Shown: positions 9,880 to 18,922 of the stretch, piece after piece
How positions within the stretch are numbered: position 1 is the stretch's first letter
Layout: each line of letters begins with the position of its first letter
Origin: an uncultured Pseudobdellovibrio sp.
GTDB lineage: Bacteria; Bdellovibrionota; Bdellovibrionia; Bdellovibrionales; Bdellovibrionaceae
NCBI GenBank assembly: GCA_966250225.1
Contig: CBINGM010000004.1
Span: 86,457-150,456, forward strand
DNA: 64,000 nt
Direction: 5' to 3'
The notes under the pieces: model-generated
What the model was told of the DNA's origin: nothing
Seen by the model: only the letters and a program-made list of their open reading frames with translations
Database searches by the model: none
Program-made: the position numbers and the translations under genes

Positions 9880-10431
9880 TTATTTTAAAGTCTCGATCAG
9901 ATGTTCAAGAGCTACCGCGGCCGCGGCAGCCTGAATCTCCTCGCGAGACAAAGTTTTATTGTTAGTAGTTACGAATTCGTGATGAAAAATCTGAGTTGCT
10001 ATCTTCGTACCAGCCACCGCGAAAAACACAGTACCTACAGGCTTTAATTCTGTTCCGCCTGTCGGACCTGCGATCCCCGTGACCGCCACCGTAACCACAT
10101 CTTTCGATGTTGTCTTTTTGATTTGTGCGGCCAATCCCTCAGCCATCTGTTTCGCGCATTCAGAACTTACCGCTCCGAACTGTTTGAACACAGATTCTTG
10201 CACACCCAAAAAAGTACTTTTACTTTCATTCGCGTAGCTCACAACCGAACCCCAGAAAATATCTGAAACCCCAGCTTTTTTGCTCAACGAACTTGATAAA
10301 AGTCCTCCGGTACAGCTCTCAGCAAACCCCACTAACAAACCCTTGTCACGAACAACCTGAATAGCTTTTTCGAGGGCATTTTCCCCTCGAGAATTCAGAT
10401 TTTCGATTTGCACATTAGTTAGTGTCTTCAT
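9880..10431 (-). CDS. cinA: CinA C-terminal domain protein (nicotinamide mononucleotide deamidase PncC family)
   Basis: AESCTGG, VSSECAKQMAEG, VTGIAGPTGG. Start placed at MKTLT (10431) because the track's extra N-terminus lies in a tandem repeat. Confidence 0.9.
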   Translation of the reverse strand: MKTLTNVQIENLNSRGENALEKAIQVVRDKGLLVGFAESCTGGLLSSSLSKKAGVSDIFWGSVVSYANESKSTFLGVQESVFKQFGAVSSECAKQMAEGLAAQIKKTTSKDVVTVAVTGIAGPTGGTELKPVGTVFFAVAGTKIATQIFHHEFVTTNNKTLSREEIQAAAAAVALEHLIETLK

Positions 10432-10446
10432 GCTTAATCCGTAATT

Positions 10447-10490
10447 ACTTTCATATAACTTACATATGAACTTACATATCACTTACACAT
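10447..10490. repeat. Four phased imperfect 10-bp direct repeats (ACTTWCAYAT)
   Basis: ACTTTCATAT at 10447, ACTTACATAT at 10458 and 10470, ACTTACACAT at 10481; periods 11, 12, 11. Confidence 0.75.
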
Positions 10491-10518
10491 ATGTAAAGAG
10501 GTTTTTTAAACAAAACTA

Positions 10519-11004
10519 TTATAAGGTCTGGGTTTGCGCCCCAAGCCATGGCGTGTAGGTATAAACCAGCTGAAGAATAATATTGCACACGATTCCAGCA
10601 GCAATATCATCGATCACCACACCAACTCCACCTTTTACTTTTTGATCAAGTTGTCTGATCGGAGGTGGTTTTACAATATCAACAATACGAAACAAAATAA
10701 ATCCGGCGATCAAACTTTGCCAAGTTAGGGGAAGCCAAGTCATCGTAATTAAAAATCCAACGACTTCATCAATCACAATTTCTTTTGAATCATGCGTGCT
10801 CGTCATATTTTCATAAGCTTGTGCAATTAAAATCGCAGCAACACAAAGTAACAACACGACAACCATATAAGGAATCGCATGCAATTGGGCTAGCACATAC
10901 CAAAGAGGAATTGTCGCCAGCGTTCCCCATGTACCCGGAGATTTTGGTAATCTTCCGGAACCAAAAAACGTAGCTAATAATGTAATGGTTTTTTTATTCA
11001 TCAA
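10519..11004 (-). CDS. pgpA: Phosphatidylglycerophosphatase A
   Basis: PKSPGTWGTLA, HDSKEIVIDEVVG, LFRIVDIVKP, GVVIDDIAAG. Confidence 0.95.
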   Translation of the reverse strand: MMNKKTITLLATFFGSGRLPKSPGTWGTLATIPLWYVLAQLHAIPYMVVVLLLCVAAILIAQAYENMTSTHDSKEIVIDEVVGFLITMTWLPLTWQSLIAGFILFRIVDIVKPPPIRQLDQKVKGGVGVVIDDIAAGIVCNIILQLVYTYTPWLGAQTQTL

Positions 11005-11034
11005 AGCTAGTTTGTTACTGACTGAAGCGTGAGT

Positions 11035-12102
11035 CTAGTTCTTTCTGATGCCAAGAAATCCTGCGATAGAATTGTTTTTACTTGTAACAGGTTTGTTTAA
11101 ATTAAGCTTCTGCCCCTGAGATACGCCATGATTGTAATCACTGCTTGAAATCTGACGGGAAGATGAGCGTAAGCTTCTTAAACGCGGAAAATACTCATGC
11201 ACATAATCTTCAAGCTCGGCTTCAGCACGCACCATTAACGATTTTTCCTGCGGCAAATGATTCACCACTTGGCCTTTAAGTTTTTGCGCAAAACCATCCA
11301 ACAAACCAAGCTTCATTGAAGTGCCCGGATACGACTTACAAGCGCGCAGTAAAAAATGATAAACATATTCAGCCATCAAAGCGTTTTCTTTTAAACCAAT
11401 CACTTCTAAGGCCTGATAATGCTCGAGTGTTTTTGCATTAAACTCATGAACTACAATGACTTGCACGAAGTAAAATTCAACTAACATCGAGATAATTTTC
11501 TTTTCAATTAAAGATAATCTTTTTTTGCCCGTTGAAATCAGAATATGAGAGACATCACTTTTTTGGCCACCCAAGCTAACAAGATCTGCTTGTTCAAGAT
11601 TATATTTCAAATACAATTCACGCACTTTCGTGGCTGCAAGACTGGCTTCATGTTCATTTGAAGAGCTGGCTAAAGACATGAGCTTTTTAACTTTTTCGAT
11701 GAGCGGGTTTGCCACTTCTTCAACTGAAAAATCAGGATTCTCCGAAGCTAATTCAACTTTCGTAGAGCGGTACTGACTATGCAGTTTTAATTTCTCACAA
11801 GCTTCGTGAAATTCTTTTCCGTGCGCTGTCACATCACTATTAGGATAATTTTCAAAAACCCACTGATGAGCCATTTCATGCTTAAGGACTCCTAAAACAT
11901 GCGCCCAAGAAAACTTCTGCACTAAAGTTCTTGAAAGAGAAATTGCGCGCGCACCATGATCGTATTCGCCCCACTTCGTGGCCGAATCAAAAAGCTGAAT
12001 ATTCGCCAACTGAAATTTCATTTTGCGGGTTTTCGCAATTTCAAGAAACTCACGGCGAAGTTCTAACAGAATAATTTTTTCGGAATCGAAATTTTTATGC
12101 AT
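11035..12102 (-). CDS. SprT-like metalloprotease domain plus DUF2786 domain protein
   Basis: HEMAHQ zinc motif, HGKEF, and KVKKLMSLASSSNEHEASLA (DUF2786-like). Confidence 0.8.
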   Translation of the reverse strand: MHKNFDSEKIILLELRREFLEIAKTRKMKFQLANIQLFDSATKWGEYDHGARAISLSRTLVQKFSWAHVLGVLKHEMAHQWVFENYPNSDVTAHGKEFHEACEKLKLHSQYRSTKVELASENPDFSVEEVANPLIEKVKKLMSLASSSNEHEASLAATKVRELYLKYNLEQADLVSLGGQKSDVSHILISTGKKRLSLIEKKIISMLVEFYFVQVIVVHEFNAKTLEHYQALEVIGLKENALMAEYVYHFLLRACKSYPGTSMKLGLLDGFAQKLKGQVVNHLPQEKSLMVRAEAELEDYVHEYFPRLRSLRSSSRQISSSDYNHGVSQGQKLNLNKPVTSKNNSIAGFLGIRKN

Positions 12103-12229
12103 CTTTAACAGTATACTTTTTCTACCAGCCGAAGGTCCAGCCCGAAGGCTTCATTGCTGGACGAAAAAGTGATTAGAAATCATACTGATTCAAGTTTATT
12201 TGCCATTTGGCAAAAGTTGAAAGGTACAC

Positions 12230-12550
12230 ATGAAAAAAATTATCGCTTTATTAGCATTAGCATCTTTATGCGGCTGCGCTTCTGTACAACCTGTTGGTGG
12301 TTTAATCTACGCTGACGTTCAAGGCCCTGTGGCTACAACTCACTTACCTAAAGGTCCTTTACGTGGTGAAGCTTGTGCAACTGGTTGGTTCGGTTTATTT
12401 GCAACTGGCGATGCTTCAGTAGCTGAAGCTGCAAAAGCTGGTGGTATGTCAATCGTATCTCACATCGATCAACACAGCACAAACATCGTCGTTTACACTA
12501 AGTACTGCACGGTAGCTTACGGTTATAAAGGCGGAGCGAAAGCTCAATAA
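12230..12550 (+). CDS. TRL-like family lipoprotein
   Basis: Lipobox LCGC; GEACATGWFGLFATGDASVAEAAKAGG. Confidence 0.8.
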   Translation: MKKIIALLALASLCGCASVQPVGGLIYADVQGPVATTHLPKGPLRGEACATGWFGLFATGDASVAEAAKAGGMSIVSHIDQHSTNIVVYTKYCTVAYGYKGGAKAQ

Positions 12551-12566
12551 TTCTTTTTGATTTCAT

Positions 12567-12613
12567 GAGCGGGCGGTCAAGTAAACTTCAACGACTGCCC
12601 GTCTCGATTTTTT
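12567..12613 (+). terminator. Hairpin/terminator between convergent genes
   Basis: GAGCGGGCGGTC...GACTGCCCGTCTC followed by a T run. Confidence 0.5.
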
Positions 12614-12615
12614 TC

Positions 12616-13203
12616 TTACTTCTTTTTTGATCTTTCAGCCATCATTCCAAAATCTTTGTAACGTTCACAGGCTGCTTTAATATCCATATCAGAAATATCA
12701 ACACATTTTCCGTCGCTGACAATACCCCATACGCGATCAGTTTCTACTTGGGCCAATTTTTCGCAATCAGTATTACCATCAATAGCCGCGATTAACTCTG
12801 AAGGTTCGCAACGATCACTGTGATAAAAGAAAGTTGCATCAGAAGAACCAGCCGCTTTGTATTTCACACACGCTTTTGGCGTATCTTCGTCTGAAATATC
12901 AGAACAAACTCCGCGCACACGCACAGCCCAAGTTCTTGGTGCCGATGAAATTACGCTGCTTGAACAATCTGTGCTTGAACGAAGATTCACAATTAAATCA
13001 CCTTCGTTGCACGAATCCGAATGATAAAGAGCTGTCTTTGATGGTTGCGGTGTAACTGGTGGAGGAGTGGCTCCACTGCAGTTCACAAGAATCTGCTGTG
13101 CTGCGCGAACACACTCCGCCGAGCAACTGCTCATACAGTTTTGTTGAGCTGAAGAAATATTAGCCCAAAAAAATAACAAAATAGCGATAAAAAACTTTTT
13201 CAT
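12616..13203 (-). CDS. Secreted Cys-rich protein with two internal ~60-aa repeats
   Basis: Start MKKFFI after a GGGGG SD; repeats YHSDSC...TDC...W...GVCSDISD...AC and YHSDRC...TDC...W...GKCVDISD...AC. Confidence 0.8.
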   Translation of the reverse strand: MKKFFIAILLFFWANISSAQQNCMSSCSAECVRAAQQILVNCSGATPPPVTPQPSKTALYHSDSCNEGDLIVNLRSSTDCSSSVISSAPRTWAVRVRGVCSDISDEDTPKACVKYKAAGSSDATFFYHSDRCEPSELIAAIDGNTDCEKLAQVETDRVWGIVSDGKCVDISDMDIKAACERYKDFGMMAERSKKK

Positions 13204-13279
13204 GAATCCCCCCAATGGTCGTTGTGACACTTATACAACCGACCAAAGCAAGGATCAGACCAGAAATGAGTAGCTAAAA

Positions 13280-14218
13280 TTAAGCTCTACCAGATTTTGT
13301 ATTCGCTAACGATGTCATCTGTTTCATCGTTCTTTCTAAACCATCTGATGAACCATCTAAGAAGATCGTGTTACCTTTACCGTTTTCAGCAAAGTGTTTG
13401 ATCGCATCTGTCCACATTGAAAATAAAATAAATGAAGAATCTAAGCCCGCGTTTTTCATTTCGTCAGCAGCTTTTGCCATACCTTTTGCAACCTCTTCAC
13501 GGAAAAGTGCAATACCTTCACCGCGAAGTTTAGAAGCTTCTCTTTCAGCTTCGGCAGAAATTTTAATCGCCATACCATCAGCTTCAGCGGCTTTGGTTTT
13601 TTTGATTAATAAAGCTAACGCTTCATTCTCAGCAGCCGCTCTTAAGTTTGAAGAAGCCACGACTTGCGCCATTGATTGCATGATTGTTTCATCAAAAGTG
13701 ATGTCATTTAACTGCATATCGATTAAGTGGTAACCCCACGATTTTAAATCTTCATCTAACTGCGCTTTAACCGCATTTACGATATCTTTGCGAAGTCCTA
13801 AAATTTCATTCTGGCGCTTAGTAGCCACGAAACCACGCACTGAACCTTCAACTGTTCTGTTTAATGTTTGCATTAAAGAACCGAAGTCGATGAATTTAAA
13901 AGCCACATCTTTAATTGTCGCTTCAGTTTGATCGATCACTGAATAAAGTAATAAAGCTTTGAAGTTTACATTCGCCTGATCTTGTGTGATCGCCTGGAAT
14001 TGTAATTCAACAGATTGGTTTTGCACTGATACACGGCGAAAAATCACTTCAAAAAATGGAATTTTAAAATTTAAACCTGGGTACATGATACGGCGGTATT
14101 TACCGAACATTGTAACAACAGACACTGTTCCTTGGTTAACGGTGACGAATAATCCGCCAACGAAAGACAGAACGATTAAAGCAATAATAATTGTTGAAAA
14201 ACTTAAAGTTTCAAACAT
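13280..14218 (-). CDS. SPFH / band 7 domain protein
   Basis: N-terminal TM helix, GKYRRIMYPGLNFKIPF, coiled-coil with AEA repeats; ATG 14218 follows a GGAG SD. Confidence 0.92.
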   Translation of the reverse strand: MFETLSFSTIIIALIVLSFVGGLFVTVNQGTVSVVTMFGKYRRIMYPGLNFKIPFFEVIFRRVSVQNQSVELQFQAITQDQANVNFKALLLYSVIDQTEATIKDVAFKFIDFGSLMQTLNRTVEGSVRGFVATKRQNEILGLRKDIVNAVKAQLDEDLKSWGYHLIDMQLNDITFDETIMQSMAQVVASSNLRAAAENEALALLIKKTKAAEADGMAIKISAEAEREASKLRGEGIALFREEVAKGMAKAADEMKNAGLDSSFILFSMWTDAIKHFAENGKGNTIFLDGSSDGLERTMKQMTSLANTKSGRA

Positions 14219-14260
14219 AAACACTCCCGATGTTGATCGTGTGATTATGTTAGGTTGCTC

Positions 14261-15463
14261 CTAATCTTCCGGCAAGTACTTCTCGATAAACTCTAAGTAT
14301 TCCCACGTCATTCTTTTTACGCCTTCAAAGATTTCACCGTTTTTATCGGCCTGTAATGCTTTAAGATAAGAAACTGCGTTCTTTTGCTGACTTACCATGC
14401 GGCCTTTGTACCACGCATTATAAAGACTTAAATCTTGAAATTCTTCTTGTTGGCTCATGGTTTTTGCCTTATTCGCGTAGTCATAAAAATAAAGTGGTTT
14501 CGGGCGTAAAACAAAACGTTTATCGCCATCGATATTTACATTCACCTCTTGATAGTTTTTATCTGTTTGTCCTTTGCCAATCACATGAAAATCTAAAATC
14601 TCTTGTAAAGACCCATCCTGCGGTTGGTAATTTTCAATGCCCGATTCAAAATCTTGTTTTAATTCGTACAGTGTATTGCGGCCATCTTTACCTTTTACCA
14701 AAGCGATAAAACGTAACGCTCCACCTTCACCGTTAACTGAACCTGAACCGCCGCCTTCTTTTTCACGGCCGCCCACATCTAAAACTTCTAAACCTTCAGG
14801 TAAATTTCTTCTAAAAACTTCCATCACAAGATTATACGTTTTTTTATCAGCAATTTTTGTCGAACGTTCGCCATCGTTAATCAAACGATCACCGTTAGAA
14901 AATTTTAAAGCTTTTTTCACTTCCATATTGCGAAATTGTTCAGGCGACATTTCTAAAAGTTCAGTGATACGTTTTGGAGGATTTTTATATTCTTTACCTT
15001 CGATACCACGTTGATATTGCTCCCATAGATCAGAAGCTTTCACTTTTTTCACGCTATCGACGGCCTTAGTCGCAATTAAAAATTTAGCAAAATCTAGAAT
15101 GTATGGCCCACGACCAGCATCGTCGTAATCTAAAGAACGCCATTTCACTTTACCGGCTACGACTGTGGGACCGTAATTTCCGTTATGCGGGTCACCTTCG
15201 ATCATACCTTCATATTTCAAAATGCTTTCTGGAAGAAAATCACCCGAATACTTTTTAAACCAAGCCCAAGACTGTGGAGCATTACTTCTGGCTAATTTGG
15301 TTAATTTATCAGAGCTGATAGCGACCTTGACCTGTTCATAGGCAATAGGCGGATTTTTGGTACCAAATAAGCTTCCACAGGTTACCGTTGCTTTGGCCAT
15401 AGGAGCCAAAAACAATACAGCTAGAACTGAGTGTCTCATTGTGAAACGCTTGGCATTTATCAT
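14261..15463 (-). CDS. DUF2252-like (kinase-fold) protein with predicted signal peptide
   Basis: EGDPHNGNYG and LDYDDAGRGPYILDFAKF resemble DUF2252 GDxHxxNFG / DFDE motifs; AGAGGTG SD; signal-like VLAVLFLAPMAKA. Confidence 0.65.
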   Translation of the reverse strand: MINAKRFTMRHSVLAVLFLAPMAKATVTCGSLFGTKNPPIAYEQVKVAISSDKLTKLARSNAPQSWAWFKKYSGDFLPESILKYEGMIEGDPHNGNYGPTVVAGKVKWRSLDYDDAGRGPYILDFAKFLIATKAVDSVKKVKASDLWEQYQRGIEGKEYKNPPKRITELLEMSPEQFRNMEVKKALKFSNGDRLINDGERSTKIADKKTYNLVMEVFRRNLPEGLEVLDVGGREKEGGGSGSVNGEGGALRFIALVKGKDGRNTLYELKQDFESGIENYQPQDGSLQEILDFHVIGKGQTDKNYQEVNVNIDGDKRFVLRPKPLYFYDYANKAKTMSQQEEFQDLSLYNAWYKGRMVSQQKNAVSYLKALQADKNGEIFEGVKRMTWEYLEFIEKYLPED

Positions 15464-15528
15464 AAAATCACCTCTTGATACCTACAAACAATTGCAGCTT
15501 TCAGACCAACCCGCTAAAGTTGATTTCC

Positions 15529-16059
15529 ATGCGACGCCTGCCACCCCGAAAATTAGATCCTAACTACGTAGCACCTATGCTGACCCTGAATCAGGGTAAA
15601 GACCGCTTGGTGGAAATGTTCGGCGCGCGCGATTACACATTGAAAGAAATCGAGAAAAAATTAAAAAAGCGCCTCGAACCACAGCTGATGAAAGAGCTTT
15701 TAGAGTGGGTCGCCGTTCAGTCGTGGTTTCCCACAGAAGAAAACATGACTGAACAGTTCGTGCGTGCTTTGGGCCGTCGAAAAAAAGGGCAAAATTACAT
15801 TAATCAAAAACTCAAAGCCGCAGGCCTTAAATCAGTGAAGATTTCAGCCGAGGTCGAGCTTGAAAAAGCCCTCGAACTGCTAAAAGTTAAGTGGGATGAG
15901 ACCGAATTCTTAGGTTTGGGCTTTAAAGAGCTGCAAAAACAGAAAGCCAAGGTCATTAGATTCCTCGCTGGACGTGGATTTAACCTTTCCACAGCAAGTC
16001 AGGCCTATAATTCTTATTTTAAAACAGGTAAGGTAGACAACTATGATGAAGAATACTGA
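15529..16059 (+). CDS. recX: Regulatory protein RecX
   Basis: ARDYTLKEIEKKL, RKKGQNYINQKLK, KVIRFLAGRGF; overlaps the alaS start. Start codon uncertain (15475, 15529 or 15577). Confidence 0.8.
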   Translation: MRRLPPRKLDPNYVAPMLTLNQGKDRLVEMFGARDYTLKEIEKKLKKRLEPQLMKELLEWVAVQSWFPTEENMTEQFVRALGRRKKGQNYINQKLKAAGLKSVKISAEVELEKALELLKVKWDETEFLGLGFKELQKQKAKVIRFLAGRGFNLSTASQAYNSYFKTGKVDNYDEEY

Positions 16060-18793
16060 AGTTAGAAATGCATTTGTTAATTATTTTAAAAAAAATGGCC
16101 ACACCCACGTTGCCAGCTCAAGTTTAATTCCTGAGAACGATCCGACATTACTTTTCACGAACGCGGGTATGAATCAGTTTAAAAACTGCTTCTTAGGTTT
16201 AGAAAAACGTGATTACACAAAAGCTGTTACATCACAAAAATGTGTGCGCGCCGGCGGTAAGCATAACGATTTAGATAACGTTGGTTTCACAGCCCGTCAC
16301 CACACTTTCTTTGAAATGTTAGGAAATTTTTCTTTCGGTGATTATTTCAAAAAAGATGCGATTCACTACGCTTGGGAATTTCTAACTGTTGAATTAAAAA
16401 TTCCAAAAGAAAAATTATACGTCACAGTTTTCTTAGACGATGATGAAGCGGCCGACATCTGGCACAAACAAGAAGGCGTACCTAAAGATCGTATTTTTCG
16501 TTTAGGTGAAAAAGATAACTTCTGGAGAATGGGTGACGTTGGCCCGTGCGGTCCATGTTCTGAAATTTTCTACGATCACGGCCCAGATTTTGGAAAAATC
16601 GCTGATCCTTTTGAATCTATCAAAGCCGGTGAAGATCGCTACGTAGAAATCTGGAATTTGGTTTTCATGCAATTTGAAGAAACTGCTCCAGGTCAAATGA
16701 CTCCGCTTCCGAAACCTTCTGTAGATACAGGTTCTGGTTTTGAGCGTTTAACAGCAGCGGTTCAAGATTGCTGGAATAACTACAACACGGATTTATTCCA
16801 AGAAATTATCAAAACGGGTTTATCTAAAGCGAATTCAAAACTTGATTATAATGAAATGATGAAGTGGGAACGCGCTAATATTAAAACTTTAAATTCAGGC
16901 GCTGCTTTATCTGCTGAACAAAAACAAAAGTTTGAAGATCTAACTGCAGTTCGTGTATTAGCAGATCACTGCCGTTCGACTTCATTTTTGTTGGCTGACG
17001 GCGCTCTTCCGTCAAACGAAGGCCGTGGTTACGTGTTACGTCGTATCATGCGTCGTGCGATTCGCTACGGACGTAAAATTTCAACTGAAAAATCTTTATT
17101 ACTTCCGATGTCTGAAGCCTTAATTGTTGCGATGGGTGATTTCTATCCAGAATTAAAACAACGTAAAGATGTTATTCTTTCAACGATTCGTGATGAAGAA
17201 GCGCGTTTCTTACAAACATTAGATAACGGAACAGCGATTTTTCACGACGAAATAAAAAAATTAAAAGCCGCTAATAGCAAAACGATTTCTGGCGAAACAA
17301 TTTTCAAACTTTACGACACTTACGGATTTCCGGTAGATTTAACAGCGTTAATGGCTGCCGAATTAGGTTTTGCCGTAGATGAAGCTGGTTTTGAAAAAGC
17401 AATGCAAGCTTCAAAAGAAAAAGCCAAATCATCTTGGAAAGCTAAATCATTACAAGCTGATGAAAAACACGTGATCGAGTTCGGTCAAAAGCATTCTTCT
17501 CAGCCAACGAAATTTATTGGTTACGACCATTTAGTTTCAAAATCAAAAGTGATTGCCTTATCAAACGGTTCAAAAGAAGTAGCATCACTTAAAGCTGGCG
17601 AAACGGGTTATGCGATTTTAGACACAACACCTTTCTATGCTGAAGGTGGCGGTCAGGTTGGTGATCATGGTTTATTATTATCAACTAACGTAGATGCAAA
17701 AGTTCACGACTGCGTAAAACAAGGTTCAGTGTTCTTGCACCAGATCGAAGTTGTAACCGGTGAATTAAAATTAAATGAAACTGTTAACGCCCACGTTGAA
17801 TCAAAAGAACGTCGTCAAACAGCAAGCAATCACTCGGCAACTCACTTAATGCATTCAGCTTTAAGAATCGTTTTAGGTACTCACGTAACGCAAGCGGGTT
17901 CATTAGTTGATAGCTCAAAAACGCGTTTCGACTTCACTCATAATAAACCGTTAACGGCTGAAGAGATTAAAAAAATCGAAGAGTTAGTGAACACTGAGAT
18001 TTCTCATGCTCACACAGTTAAAGTTGAAAACATGCCACACAAAGCGGCCATTGATAAAGGCGCTATGGCTTTATTCGGTGAAAAATATGGTGATGAAGTT
18101 CGCGTCTTAACAATGGGTCAGCCGGTGTTAGCAGCGAATGAAAAACCGTTTTCAATCGAATTATGCGGTGGTACGCACGTTCATAATACAGCTGAAATCA
18201 GAGCGTTCAAAATCACCTCTGAATCAGGCGTAAGTGCTGGTGTTCGCCGTATTGAAGCCATCACTGGTGATGCGGTGATTGAGTTATTTATGAAAAACAC
18301 TGAAGAAGTTAAACAGGCACGTCTTGCAACTGGTTTAGCTTCTGACAAATCTATCGTTGAATGGATTGAAGCTAAAAAAGAAGAAATTAAAGATCTTCAA
18401 AAACAAATCAAAAAAGCGCAATCAGGCCAAATTAATGTGGATGAAATTGCAAAAACAGCGCAAACATTTGCCGGTGACGCCAAATACGTTTTTGCAGATC
18501 TTGCTTTAGATGATCGTGAAGTGCTTTCGCAAATTAACGACCAGTTAAAAAACAAAATTCAAAAAGGCGTTGTAATCGTGATGGGTTCTGGCGAAGCCAC
18601 TCATCCAGTGATTATTTCTGTTACTAAAGATTTAACATCGCAGTACCAAGCGGGAACTTTATTAAAAGATTTCGCACAAGTACTGGGTGGTAAAGGTGGC
18701 GGACGTCCTGACTTTGCGCAAGGTGCAGTTCCTGATCGTTCTAAGATCAAAGAAGCTAACCAAGTTGTTCACACTAAATTGGGAATTAAGTAG
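16043..18793 (+). CDS. alaS: Alanine--tRNA ligase
   Basis: DPTLLFTNAGM, HHTFFEMLGNFSFGDYFK, NHSATHL, ELCGGTH, GGKGGGR. Confidence 0.99.
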   Translation: MMKNTEVRNAFVNYFKKNGHTHVASSSLIPENDPTLLFTNAGMNQFKNCFLGLEKRDYTKAVTSQKCVRAGGKHNDLDNVGFTARHHTFFEMLGNFSFGDYFKKDAIHYAWEFLTVELKIPKEKLYVTVFLDDDEAADIWHKQEGVPKDRIFRLGEKDNFWRMGDVGPCGPCSEIFYDHGPDFGKIADPFESIKAGEDRYVEIWNLVFMQFEETAPGQMTPLPKPSVDTGSGFERLTAAVQDCWNNYNTDLFQEIIKTGLSKANSKLDYNEMMKWERANIKTLNSGAALSAEQKQKFEDLTAVRVLADHCRSTSFLLADGALPSNEGRGYVLRRIMRRAIRYGRKISTEKSLLLPMSEALIVAMGDFYPELKQRKDVILSTIRDEEARFLQTLDNGTAIFHDEIKKLKAANSKTISGETIFKLYDTYGFPVDLTALMAAELGFAVDEAGFEKAMQASKEKAKSSWKAKSLQADEKHVIEFGQKHSSQPTKFIGYDHLVSKSKVIALSNGSKEVASLKAGETGYAILDTTPFYAEGGGQVGDHGLLLSTNVDAKVHDCVKQGSVFLHQIEVVTGELKLNETVNAHVESKERRQTASNHSATHLMHSALRIVLGTHVTQAGSLVDSSKTRFDFTHNKPLTAEEIKKIEELVNTEISHAHTVKVENMPHKAAIDKGAMALFGEKYGDEVRVLTMGQPVLAANEKPFSIELCGGTHVHNTAEIRAFKITSESGVSAGVRRIEAITGDAVIELFMKNTEEVKQARLATGLASDKSIVEWIEAKKEEIKDLQKQIKKAQSGQINVDEIAKTAQTFAGDAKYVFADLALDDREVLSQINDQLKNKIQKGVVIVMGSGEATHPVIISVTKDLTSQYQAGTLLKDFAQVLGGKGGGRPDFAQGAVPDRSKIKEANQVVHTKLGIK

Positions 18794-18856
18794 CTCTTTA
18801 ACTAGGGCTTAATTCCCCGTCTATTTTTTACATTCGCATGAGAGCTCTATGGCGAT

Positions 18857-18872
18857 TGGCATAGAGCTGGCA
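18857..18872 (+). promoter_or_regulatory. sigma54-like -24/-12 element
   Basis: TGGCATAGAGCTGGCA has GG and GC at canonical spacing; an equivalent motif precedes the paralog. Confidence 0.5.
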
Positions 18873-18922
18873 TTTCCGAAAATTTCTAAAAAAATTCTTC
18901 GGAAATGAAAGGAAAAAATCTC

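Noticed and set aside
10447-10490. Short repeats as a possible CRISPR array or origin iterons
   Set aside because: Units are 10 bp with 1-2 bp gaps, there are no spacers or cas genes, and no rep/dnaA context.
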